NCBI GenBank assembly: GCA_951406725.2
Contig: OX597814.1
Location: 1,240,001 to 1,304,000, forward strand
Origin: Octopus vulgaris
Taxonomy: Eukaryota
DNA length: 64,000 bases
Direction: 5' to 3'
The position numbers were made by a program, and so were the translations under genes. Positions 40,189 to 50,827 of the stretch are shown here, piece after piece (positions within the stretch are counted from its first letter, which is position 1; the number at the start of each line of letters is the position of its first letter). Below the pieces are notes generated by a model. That model was not told where the DNA came from, made no database searches, and saw only the letters and a list, made by a program, of their open reading frames with translations.

Positions 40189-40525
40189 GGCGTAGGAGTG
40201 GCTGCGTGGTAAGTAATTTGCTTACGAACCACATGGTTCCGGGTTCAGTCCCACTGCGTGGCACCTTTGGCAAGTGTCTTCTACTGTAGTCTCGGGCCAA
40301 CCAAAGCCTTGTGAGTGGATTTGGTAGACAGAAACTGAAAGAAGCCCATCATATATATGCATGTATATATATATGTGTGTGTGTGTTTGTGTGTCTATGT
40401 TTGTCCCCCCAACATTGCTTGACAACCGATGCTGGTGTGTTTACGTCCCTGTAACTTAGCGGTTCAGCAAAAGAGACCGATAGAATAAATACTAGACTTA
40501 CAAAGAATAAATCCTAGGGTTGATT
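40189..40525 (+). mobile_element. tRNA-derived SINE family 1, 3'-truncated
   Basis: Same head and body. Further partial copies at ~13474, 21260-21950, 33290, 36101, 43735, 44460, 45750 and 49248. Confidence 0.85.
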
Positions 40526-40924
40526 TCTACAGCCGGATGCACTTCCTAAAGTCAACCACTCCAAGAGTGAAATGGGTACCTTCTATGTATCACTTCTATG
40601 TATCACTTCTATGTATCACTTTTACATGGCACGGCATTGGCCACAACTGCAATTTCCCTTGGCTTGAAGTGTCTTCTCAAGCACAGCATTTTGTCAAAGG
40701 TCTCAGTCACTTGTCATTGCCTCCATGAGGCCCAACATTTGAAATTCATGCTCCATCACCTCAACCCATGTTTTCCTGGGTCTACCTCTTCCACAGGTTC
40801 CCACCAAGGTTAGAGTTCAGCACTTCTTCAGGCAGTTGTCCTTGTCCATATGCATCACATGACCATACCAAGGCAGCCTCTTATGCCCAGTTTTTCTCTC
40901 GAGATGCTTACACTCTGTTGTATA

Positions 40925-41170
40925 TTAATACTAATGGTAAGACAACAAAAGAATGAAAGCTACCGCGATATTATGTAAATAGAGGAATTTATATGCAACA
41001 TAATTATGACAATTATTTTGTTGGCATAATAAGACTCCAAGTTTCAGATGTTGGGGCGGAAACCTGCTCCGGCATCTCGTCAGTTATCTGGGCAGAGCAG
41101 GTTTCTGCCCTGACACCTGAAACTCAGAGTTTTATTATGCCAACAAAATAATTGTCACATATTATATTAC
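40925..41170. mobile_element. Second foldback element with a family-D hammerhead motif (41029-41087 minus)
   Basis: Minus strand ATAA CTGACGA GATG...CATC T GAAA CTTGGAG TC TTAT (GUC triplet). Shares the flank GGTAAGACAACAAAAGAATGAA with ~5637. Confidence 0.72.
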
Positions 41171-41180
41171 AGATATATAT

Positions 41181-42485
41181 ATCATCATCATCATCATCAT
41201 CGTTTAACGTCCGTTTTCCGCGCTAGCACGGGTTGGACAGTTCGGCCGGGGTCTGGGAAGCCAGGGGCTGCACCAGGCTCCAGTCTGATCTGGCAGAGTT
41301 TCTACAGCTGGATGCCCTTCCTAACGCCAACCACTCTTTTTACGTGCCACCTGCACAGGTGCCAGGGGGGTCCGGCATCGGCCACGATCAGTTGGAGCTT
41401 TTAACGTGCCACCGGCACAGAAGCCAGCTGAGGCGGCGCTGGCAACGGCCACGTTTGGATGGTGCTTTTTATGTGCCACCGGCACAGAAGCCAGTCGGGG
41501 CGGCACTGGCATCGGCCACGTTCGGATGGTGCTTTTTATGTGCCACTGGCACAGGAGCCAGCCAGGGCGCGCTGGCATTGGCCACGTTCGGATGGTGCTT
41601 TTTATTTGCCACCAGCATGGAAGCCTGTCGGGGCGGCGCTGGCAACGGCCACGTTCGGATGGTGCTTTTTATGTGCCACCGGCACAGAAGCCAGTCGGGG
41701 CGGCGCTGGCATTGGCTACGTTCGGATAGTGCTTTTTATGTGCCACCAGCACAGAAGCCAGTTGGGGCGGTGCTGGCTGGCATCGGCCACGTTCGGATGA
41801 TGCTTTTTATGTGCCACCGGCACAGGAGCCAGTCGGGGCAGCGCTGCTGGCATCGGCCAAGAAGCCAGTTGGGGCGGCGCTGGCATCGGCCACGTTTGGA
41901 TGGTGCTTTTTATGTGCCACTGGCACAGGAGCCAGTCGGGTCGGAGCTGGCATCGGCCACGTTCAGATGGTGCCTTTTATGTGCCACCGGCACAGAAGCC
42001 AGTCGGGGCGGCGCTGGCATCGGCCACGTTCGGATAGTGCTTTTTACGGCCACGTTCGGATGGTGCTTTTTATGTGTCACCGGCACAGAAGCCAGTCGGA
42101 GTGGATGGTGTTTTTTTATGTGCCACCGGCACAGGTATCACGACTACTATTTCCATTGATATTTATATTTATTTCGATGTTCATGTTCATGTACTTGACT
42201 CAACAGGTCTCCTCAAGTACAGCGAGACGTTCCGGGATCCAGGGTACTTTGAATGAGCAGGGGCTATGCAGAACTGTTGCAGGAAGCAGCCCGGGTCTTT
42301 GCAGTCACAGCATATCTCCAGAGATCTTGGTCCTTTGCCATTGCCTCAGTGAGGCCCAATGCTCTGAGGTCATGCTTGACTACCTCATCCCATGTCTTCC
42401 TGGGTCTACCTCTCCCCCTGATACCTTCAACTGTTTGGGAGTGGCACTTCTTCACACCTCTCTCCTCATCCATCCGCAGTACATG
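41181..42485 (-). mobile_element. RTE 3' element with an expanded ~59-bp array in the 3' UTR
   Basis: ORF end GRGRPRKTWDEVVKHDLRALGL, about a dozen units of GGTGCTTTTTATGTGCCACCGGCACAG, and a (GAT)n tail at ~41181. Confidence 0.88.
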
Positions 42486-42547
42486 AATATACATATATAT
42501 AATATGTATATATAAAGATATGTCTGTATATGGATGTATATAAATAA

Positions 42548-42975
42548 ATGGCATGATGGGACTTGATTATTGGGCTCGACTTAAACAGCTGAAGTGCTTT
42601 TCTCTTCAATGCTGCTGTGAGCAATACATTATTTGCACCATATGGAAAAGATTCCACTAATATTATCCAAATGATATCGGTATTATGTTTACAATTCACC
42701 CAAGACTGGGCCCCTGTGCAATGTGCCCCCTTCAAAGGTCAAGATCACATCACATAAGAACATTGCGACACAATTTCTTCACTGCAAATGGTCCTGCACT
42801 TTTCAATATTATCCCGAAAGAAATTTAAGTAGAAAAAGACAAAAAAACCCCAGAACTTTCGAATGGCACCTGGACAAATTCTTCCAGGAAATACCAGATA
42901 AACCACCCACACCTGGATACGTCTCAACCAACAACTCTCTGCTTGAGTGGTCCATCGTGTCCCGAAATAATTAAC
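42548..42975 (+). mobile_element. Decayed CR1/L2-group LINE 3' end
   Basis: Motifs LDYWARLKQLKCFSLQ, GPALFNIIP, HLDKFFQEIPDKPPTPGY and NNSL across frameshifts. Confidence 0.78.
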
Positions 42976-43305
42976 TAAAAGACTTTTTCCAGGTCCAATC
43001 TAAGTTACATATATATATATATATATATAAATATGTCGGGACATATACATATATGTATATATAAAGATATGTCTTATATATATATATATATATAATTATG
43101 TGAAATAGAAAGATGAATAATCTTGTAGTAGATTAATCAAAAGTTTAACCGATACCTTAGTAGCAAAAATCACAGCAGTAAACAGCACGGTTGGAGGTAC
43201 AACCATATGGTGTTGCAACCGTGCGTTGGTGCGGATAATTGAAATTAAAATATTATTGGTGAATTGAAGAAATGGAGCTGAACGCAGATTGAACAGAAAT
43301 CGTTT

Positions 43306-43399
43306 TATTTCATTCTACACGTGTTTCGAAAGGCACAAATTACCAAAATCCGATTGAATAATGGGACCATATTGTGTCTTTCTCTTCAGGAAGAAAATA
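43306..43399 (-). ncRNA. Type-I hammerhead ribozyme motif (family B, opposite arm)
   Basis: Reverse complement of 43557-43650. Confidence 0.82.
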
Positions 43400-43556
43400 G
43401 GAAATCCGTTGGAAAAACAAAGACAGAACAGAGGTGGAGCAAAAACAAATCGAACTAGGCTCCTAAGAGCCCAGTTTCGCCATGGGCTCTTAGGAGCCTA
43501 GTTCGATTTGTTTTTGCTCCGCCTCTGTTCTGTTTTTGTTTTTCCAACGGATTTCC

Positions 43557-43650
43557 TATTTTCTTCCTGAAGAGAAAGACACAATATGGTCCCATTATTC
43601 AATCGGATTTTGGTAATTTGTGCCTTTCGAAACACGTGTAGAATGAAATA
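43557..43650 (+). ncRNA. Type-I hammerhead ribozyme motif (family B)
   Basis: TATTTTCTTC CTGAAGA GAAAG...CTTTC GAAA CACGTG TA GAATGAAATA: complete core, G-C closed stem II, palindromic stem III, GUA triplet. Confidence 0.82.
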
Positions 43651-43701
43651 AAACGATTTCTGTTCAATCTGCGTTCAGCTCCATTTCTTCAATTCACCAA
43701 T

Positions 43702-43732
<31 letters not shown>

Positions 43733-45018
43733 GTGGGCTTCTTTCAGTTTCTGTCTACCAAATCCACTCACAAGGCTTTTGGTCGGCCCGAGGCTAAAGC
43801 AGAAGACACTTGCCCAAGGTGCCATACAGTAAGACTGAACTTGGAACCATGTGGTTGGGAAGCAAGCTACTTACCACACAGCCACACCTGTGCCTGTAGA
43901 TATATATCAATACAAATATAGAGGTAATTGTATATAGATTTATTAGAAAGTAAATCTTTAATAGAAATGGCTGCTGCATTTGTTAGTCTGTCTCACACAC
44001 ACAATGTCTACACACGCGTTTTCACATATATAAATAAATGTGAATATAAAGATATATTTGGATAAACAACTATACATAGACAAATCTGCGTATAGATATA
44101 ATGATATTTATTAATATACCAGAATATAAATATAAGTATAAATGGAGATATAATGATATATATTGATATGAGATATCTGGTTATAAATATAGACACACAC
44201 GTATATAGACACATCAGGTTATAAATGTAGAGCCATATTGCAACGTGATAAAATGGTTTACAGCTAAAGAAATGAGTGAGAAAGGCGACAAGTCTAATTA
44301 TGATGATAATTTTAATTAGGAAGTGTCCTGTACTAATTATATTTCTGTCATCACAGAATTATTTCTGGTTGCAATCAGTGTGATGAAGAGTCTTGCCTAC
44401 TCCTCCTCATCCTCTTGACCAGATATATTTTTCCACAGAAGACTGGAACAATCTCGCTTGATGTCAAGACAAGAAGACACACAGACACACACGCAAATGC
44501 ACACACACACACATACATATAAATATATGTATATGATGGGCTTCTTTCAGTTTCCGTTCACCAAATTCACTCATAAGGCTTCGGGAAACCTGGGGCTGTA
44601 GTAGAAGACATTTGCCCCAGGGTGCTGTGCAGTAGGACTGAACTGAAAACCACATGGTTGGGAAGCTTCTTAACCACACAGCCACACATGCACAAACACA
44701 TAATGAGTATTTCAGCAAAGTTAAACCGTTTCTGTGGATCTTTGAATGGACAATCTTTCATATCATCGTTATCATTATTGCCATCATTACCATCATCATC
44801 ATCATCGTCCTCATCCTTGTCATCTTATCCTCCACCTCCACCTCCTCCTCATCATTTGTCATCATCTAACATCCATTCTCAGTACTGGCATGCGTTGGCT
44901 GGCTTGGAAGGATCCAATGTGTCTAAAGACTTATACAGATATTAGATGATACATTATACTCTATATCATAATATCGAATTGTATTATATTATATCTATTA
45001 TGTTCTGCTCTGTTGTAG

Positions 45019-45170
45019 GACTGCAAGGATTTTTCTCTTGGGGACAACAAAGTCTAGCAAAAGGTCCTTGCTGAAAACTTTGTTAAAGGATCAGTTTCAG
45101 GAGTCTGGTGCCGAAGGTGATGAAGGCGTTACACTGTGGCAATGGCATCCTTTCAAGAATCAACAAAATT
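45019..45170 (+). CDS. Roco/MFHAS1-like gene, ROC-domain exon A (degenerate P-loop and switch I)
   Basis: Acceptor TGTTGTAG|, donor |GTAGGT. Encodes TARIFLLGTTKSSKRSLLKTLLKDQFQESGAEGDEGVTLWQWHPFKNQQN, resembling ROC K/R-hhhhG-xxxx-GK(T/S)SLL...TxGhxhxxW. Phase 2 in, phase 1 out. Confidence 0.8.
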
Positions 45171-45403
45171 GTAGGTCCTTTACATTGTTATTTTTGTTGT
45201 TGAATGTTGTTGTTGTTAAGCCCTAGTTCAGATCTGAATGAGCAGACCTATGATCAGAAACATTCCAGCCTTGACCATCCCATCATGTTATTCCAGATGT
45301 AGCATAACCAAGACTGTTTTATTGTTTTTTTTTTACATTTCAGCCCCAAGGTTGTGGCCATGCTGGAGCAGCGCCTGTAAAAATATTTTTTAATATGCTG
45401 GAC

Positions 45404-45475
45404 TGCCGTGACCAGGATTCAAACCTAGGTTACCACGGCCTCAATGTGGGGTCCTCACTACTGGATGATCACAAC
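45404..45475 (-). pseudogene. tRNA-His(GTG)-derived pseudogene
   Basis: 72 nt GTTGTGATCATCCAGTAGTGAGGACCCCACATTGAGGCCGTGGTAACCTAGGTTTGAATCCTGGTCACGGCA, colinear with invertebrate tRNA-His. Anticodon changed GTG>GAG, B-box TTCG>TTTG, several CpG-type transitions. Confidence 0.85.
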
Positions 45476-46281
45476 CTTCATTTGGTTTTAAATATAAGGT
45501 TGTAATATGAGGGAGACTTGGCTGCTATTTCTGATGTATGCAGGCATCTTTATATATATGTGTGCATGTGTATGTGTGTGTATCATCATCATCATTTAAC
45601 GTCCTTTTTCCATGCTGGTATGGGTTGGATGATTTGACAGGAACAGACAAGCCAGAGGGCTCTGCCAGGTTCTATGTCTGTTTTGGCATGGTTTTTATAG
45701 CTAGATGCCCTTCTTAATGCCAACCACTTAATAGAGTTTACTGGGTGCTCACTTGTGAGTGGATTTGGAAGATGGAAACTGAAAGAAGCCTGTCCTATAT
45801 ATATATGTATATATACGTATTTGTGTGTCTGTGTTTGTCTCCCCCAATATCGCTTCATAGCCAATGTTGGTGTGTTTACGTCCCCCATAACTTAGCTGTT
45901 CAGCAAAAAGAGACTGACAGAATAAGTATACTAGGCTTACAAAGAATGAGTCCTGGGATCGATTTGTTTGACTAAAGGCGGTGCTCCATCATGGTCGCAG
46001 TCAAATGACTGAAACAAGTAAAAGAATAAAAGAATTTCTTTTAGAGCAGTGAGTTGGTGGAAAGCCCAGAGCATCAGAAAAAATATCTTGGAGCATTTGC
46101 TTCAGGTCTGAAAGTCATGAGATCAATTCTGACTGAAGTTAAGAACCAGGGGTGATATAAATCATATCACCAACTGCAAACCCCACCCAACCACAAATTC
46201 CAGGCCCTGTACCTGTGTTAGAAACAGTTATTGGTTAATACTTTACATGGTTTCTAACATTAGAGAGTAATATCTTTTCAG

Positions 46282-46358
46282 GTGATTTAGTGGAAAAATA
46301 TATGACAGAAGATTTAAAAGACTCACAAATAGAAATTTGGGAACTCTCAGACAATCAG
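46282..46358 (+). CDS. Roco/MFHAS1-like gene, exon B (G3 region)
   Basis: Acceptor TCTTTTCAG|, donor CAG|GTTGGT. Phase 1 matches exon A. Encodes (C)DLVEKYMTEDLKDSQIEIWELSDNQ, compared with the ROC consensus IWDFAGQ. Confidence 0.82.
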
Positions 46359-46393
46359 GTTGGTAGCTTTCGTTTCTCTAACACAAATATTTA

Positions 46394-46911
46394 TGGAGTA
46401 AAGGTTATTTTCCAACATAACATAGCTGTCCTGGTTTAGGAAAAATGTTGCTGTAATTTAGCCCCAGGAGACGTCATCTCCAGCTGGCTATACGACATGA
46501 TCTGTGTCCTTATATTTTTTGAACAAGGGAATCTAGCACCCCCACTCAGCTCAAACAATATCTGTGTATCGCAATTTCCAGGTTATTTCCCTTCATCAGC
46601 ACAGAATAATTGTTTGGTTGGTGATGCTGCCAAATTCCTGTTGAAAACTATACATTTCGAACAGGAATTTGGCAGCGCCACCTCTAACTGAACAATTATT
46701 CTGTGCTGATGAAGGGAAATAACCTGGAAATCGTGATACACAGATATTGTTTGAGCTGAGTGGGGGTGCTAGATTCCCTTGTTCAAAAAATATAAGGACA
46801 CAGATCGTGCTGTATAGCCAGCTGGAGACATTGTCTCCTGGGGCTAAATTACAGCAACATTCATCCTAAACCAGGACTGCCATGTTATGTTGGCAAATAA
46901 TCTTTACTCCA
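46394..46911. repeat. Diverged ~520-bp palindrome with two family-C hammerhead-like motifs (46561-46605 minus, 46700-46744 plus)
   Basis: Arms centred at ~46651. Motif TCTGTG CTGATGA AGG-gaaataa-CCT G GAAA TCGTGA TA CACAGA; the two arms imply an ancestral palindromic ATCGCGAT stem III. Confidence 0.85.
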
Positions 46912-47269
46912 AAAGTACTGTTGCTGAATATCTCTCGTTGTGAGATTTACAAATAGTAATTTTCTAACAAATATTTATAGTCACTGACTTCTCTCTCCCA
47001 TCCTACTCTCTCTCTCTCTCTCTATTTCTCTACTTATCACTCTTCTCCCTCTTCCTTCCCCCCTCTCTTTATGTATCTCATTGTTTATGCATACAAACAC
47101 ACACACACATCTCTGACTCTAGATATCTTTTTCTCTCTCACTTCCCCTCTGTTTTTCTCACTACACGTTATCTCTGGCTTAATCCATCCATCCATCCATC
47201 AATACATCATCCAGTACTCACACACATGCATATATACAATCATATATAAATATATATAGATGTGTGTTT

Positions 47270-47345
<76 letters not shown>

Positions 47346-47348
<3 letters not shown>

Positions 47349-48387
47349 AGGGGACCTGTGGAAGAGGTAGACCCAGGAAAACCTGGGTCGAGGTGGTGAA
47401 GCACGACCTTCGAACTCTAGGTCTCACCAAGGAAATGACCAAAGACCGAGACCTATGGAAGTATGCTGTGCGTGAGAAGACCCGGCAAGACCAGTGAGAA
47501 CAATCAAAATCAAATCATATATCAGAAGGCAGGGGTTAAGTGACCCATCCGTTCGTGTCCGCTGTCAGCCTCGTTTGGCACCCGTGCCGGTGATACGTAA
47601 AAGCACCATTCGCTCGTGGCCGTTTGCCAGCTCTGCCTGGCCCTGTGTCGGTGGCACGTAAAAGTACCATCCGTTCGTGTTCGTTGCCAGCCTCGCCTGG
47701 CCCCGTGCCGGTGACACGTAAAAGCACCGTCCGTTCGTGGCCGTTTGCCAGCTCTGTCTGGCCCCGTGCCGGTGGCACGTAAAAGCACCATCCGTTCGTG
47801 GCCGTTTGCCAGCTCTGTCTGGCCCTGTGTCGGTGGCACGTAAAAGCACCATCCGTTCGTGTCCGTTGCCAGCCTCGGCTGGCCCCCGTGCCGGTGACAC
47901 GTAAAAGCACCGTCCGCTCGTGGCCGTTTGCCAGCTCTGTCTGGCAACCCTGTCGGTGGCACGTAAAAGCACCATCCGTTCGCGTCCGTTGCCAGCCTCG
48001 GCTGGCCCCCATGCCGGTGACACGTAAAAGCACCATTCGCTCGTGGCCGTTTGCCAGCTCTGCCTGGCCCCGTGTCGGTGGCACGTAAAAGCACCATCCG
48101 TTCGTGTCCGTTGCCAGCATCGCCTGGCCCCGTGCCGGTGACACGTAAAAGCACCATCCGTTCGTGGCCGTTCGCCAGCTCTGTCTGGCACCTGTGCAGG
48201 TGGCACGTAAAAAACACCCACTACACTCGCGGAGTGGTTGGCATTAGGAAGGGCATCCAGCCGTAGAAACACTGCCAGATCTGACTGGGCCTGACGAAGC
48301 CTTCCAGCTTCACAGACCCCAGTTGACCCATCCAACCCATGCTAGCATGGAAAGCGGACGCTAAACGATGATGATGATGATGATGAT
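47346..48387 (+). mobile_element. RTE 3' element with an alternating 59/60-bp array in the 3' UTR
   Basis: ORF end EGTCGRGRPRKTW...REKTRQDQ*, about 11 units containing CACGTAAAAGCACC, and a (GAT)n tail. Confidence 0.9.
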
Positions 48388-48406
48388 ATTATAGTGGGGT
48401 AGGCTA

Positions 48407-48600
48407 GTTTATGGGGTTACTGTGGGTTTCTCACACATAAGGGGTTTAACTTTACGGCATATCTTCAGACTCCAAACACTGCTGGCCTGAGACTTCTTTA
48501 AAATCTCAGAGGTCCCAGGCCAGCTGTGTTTGGGGGTCTGAAGATACATCATAAAGTAAAACCTCTTATGAGTGAGAAATCCAGGGCAACCCCATAAACC
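48407..48600. repeat. ~190-bp imperfect foldback
   Basis: TTTATGGGGTT...CAGACTCCAAACAC / GTGTTTGGGGGTCTG...AACCCCATAAA. Confidence 0.75.
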
Positions 48601-48726
48601 ACTGTAGTATTAACTGGTCTCTCCGGGTTTATGTATTTCTACAAACGATCCTATACACACACACACATAATATATCTAAACTTCTTTAATCACTGGTGTA
48701 TTATTCTTTGCTGACCACCCCAACAG

Positions 48727-48846
48727 GTATTTCAGAAGGTCCACCCCATCTATTACACATCAACTGCCCTCTATGTAATCACCTGTCATTCACCAAAGCC
48801 CAACTGTAAATCTGTGGTCAACTTTATCAATACGATCCAATGTAAG
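48727..48846 (+). CDS. Roco/MFHAS1-like gene, exon C
   Basis: Acceptor CAACAG|, donor AAG|GTAGGT, 120 nt, phase 0-0. Encodes VFQKVHPIYYTSTALYVITCHSPKPNCKSVVNFINTIQCK, matching the ROC pattern Y/FxxxHxhFhxxxALYhhh...W/FhxxI. Confidence 0.85.
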
Positions 48847-48922
48847 GTAGGTAATGCTTTCATTGTACCTTAATTACACTTTATTTAGTTTCATTTTGCT
48901 CTCATTATATCTTAATTATTCT

Positions 48923-49200
48923 TTAACCCTTTAGCGTTCAGATTAACCCTTTTGATACCAACCTGGCTGAAACTGGTTCTGGCTCTGTTGTACAAATGTC
49001 TTGTTTCCATAAGTTTTGAATTAAAATCTTCCACCAAACCTTAGTCACAATTTATGTTCCTAACACTAGCTTAATGATAATGAACTTATTTTACTAAATT
49101 CTTTGTTCTATTTAAAGTAATTGAAAGAAACACAAAGCAAAATATATAATAGAGAAACAATTCTTAACCTTTTTGATACCAACATGGCTGAAACCAGTTG
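48923..49200. mobile_element. Nested and truncated piggyBac-like MITE ends (two families)
   Basis: TTAACCCTTTAGCGTTCAGA at 48923, then a satellite-family MITE from TTAA 48943 to ~49140, then another left end at ~49164. Confidence 0.75.
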
Positions 49201-49956
49201 CAGTACTGAATAGTAATGTTTATGTGCCAACAGAATGTGACAGTCACCTGTTTCAGTCATTAGACTGTGGCCATGCTGGAGTGCTGCCTCAAAGAACTTT
49301 TAATTGAATGAATTAACCACAGTACTTACCTTTTTTTCAAGCCTGGTACTTATTCTATCACTCTCTTTTGCTCAACTGCTAAGTTACAAGGGATGTAAAT
49401 GGATGTAAACACACCAACACTGGCTATCAATCAGTGGTGGTGGGGGACAAACACACACACACACACATATATATACAACAGGCTTCTTTCAGTTTCTATC
49501 TACCAAAATTCACTTACAAGGCTTTGGTTGGCCTGAGGCTATATTATAGTAGAAGAAACTTGCTCAAGGTGTCATGCAGTGGGACTGAACCCAGAACCAT
49601 GTGGTTGGGAAGCAAACTTCTTACTGCCTCCTCACCCCTGCACCTATATTCCTGACAGACTGGCTCCTGTGCAGGTAGCCTTTTCAGCATGGTCGTTGCC
49701 AGAACCGCCTGACTGGCCCTCGTGCCGGTGGCACGTAAAAAGCACCCACTACACTCTCGGAGTGGTTGGTGTTAGAAAGGGCGTCCAGCTGTAGCAACAT
49801 TGCCAGATCAGATTGGAGCCTGGTGCAGCTTACTGGCTTGCCAGTCCTCACTCAAACCGTCCGACCCATGCCAGCATGGAAAGCAGACGTTAAACAATGA
49901 TGATGATGATGATGATGATGAAATAATTTGTTTCCAAACATTTTTGTTAATTTCAG

Positions 49957-50126
49957 AATCCCGGCAGCAGTATATTAATTGTAATGATTGTAAGTGATAT
50001 AAACGAGGAGGTGAAAGGGACTCGAACCTCCGTCCCTGACCAATACTTCCAATTCCTCTTGAACAGCATAATGGACAATGAGAAAAACCAACTGGACAGT
50101 CTGCAAGAGGAGATGGAACAAATTAG
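49957..50126 (+). CDS. Roco/MFHAS1-like gene, exon D (G4 strand plus helical insertion)
   Basis: Acceptor TTAATTTCAG|, donor AG|GTGAGA, phase 0-2. Encodes NPGSSILIVMIVSDINEEVKGTRTSVPDQYFQFLLNSIMDNEKNQLDSLQEEMEQI, compared with ROC xPxSxhhhVGTHxD. Confidence 0.85.
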
Positions 50127-50827
50127 GTGAGACCTCTACTTAGACACTGATCATTGGTCAGATTAAGTAAGATAGCCACTGGTGGCCATCATTGGTCAGT
50201 TTTGGGTAAAATTTAGTGACTGGTCATTGTTGGTTCATTAATTAAAATAAATTATGAGTTGGTGTTCATAAAAAGCACCCAATACATTCTAGAAAGTGGT
50301 TGGAGTTAAAAAGGGCTTCCAACAGTCGAAAGCATGCCAAAACAGACAATTGGGGCCTGGTGCAACCCTCTGGTTTGCCAAATTCTGTTCAACTGTACAA
50401 TCCATGCCAGTATGGAAAATGGATATTAATTGATGATGATATGGAAGTTGGAATAGATCAAAATCCCAGATAGTCAAGCAGGAAGTTCAATTGGTTATGA
50501 CTAATATCATAAACTGACCAATCACATATATTAAATATACAACACCTGGCATTCCATTTATTTCCTTCTCTGATCAAGTTCAGGACTGAAATCTTGAATA
50601 TAATCAGAGAAGGGAACAAGTGGAATACCAGACTTTTATATTAAGGGTTAGTTACCTATCTATGTTTGTTATCTATGATCACAGAAGGGACAGTTATCTA
50701 CTCATGTTTATTAAAGGGTCACTTACCTACCTATGATTACTAAAGGGTCAGTTTCCTACCTGTGTTTGTGAAGGAGTCAGTTACTTACCTGTGATTACAA
50801 ACATGTGAGATAACAGTCCCTGCATTA

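Larger units (their letters stand above)
43249..43707. repeat. Near-perfect 459-bp palindrome with two family-B hammerhead motifs
   Basis: Arms 43249-43473 and 43483-43707 with a 9-nt loop; about two mismatches seen by eye. Confidence 0.93.

Noticed and set aside
41340-42135. CRISPR-like regular repeats and overlapping 234-308 aa ORFs (also 47522-48335)
   Set aside because: The units are contiguous tandem copies with no unique spacers and no cas genes. The ORFs arise from stop-poor GC-rich repeats in an RTE 3' UTR.
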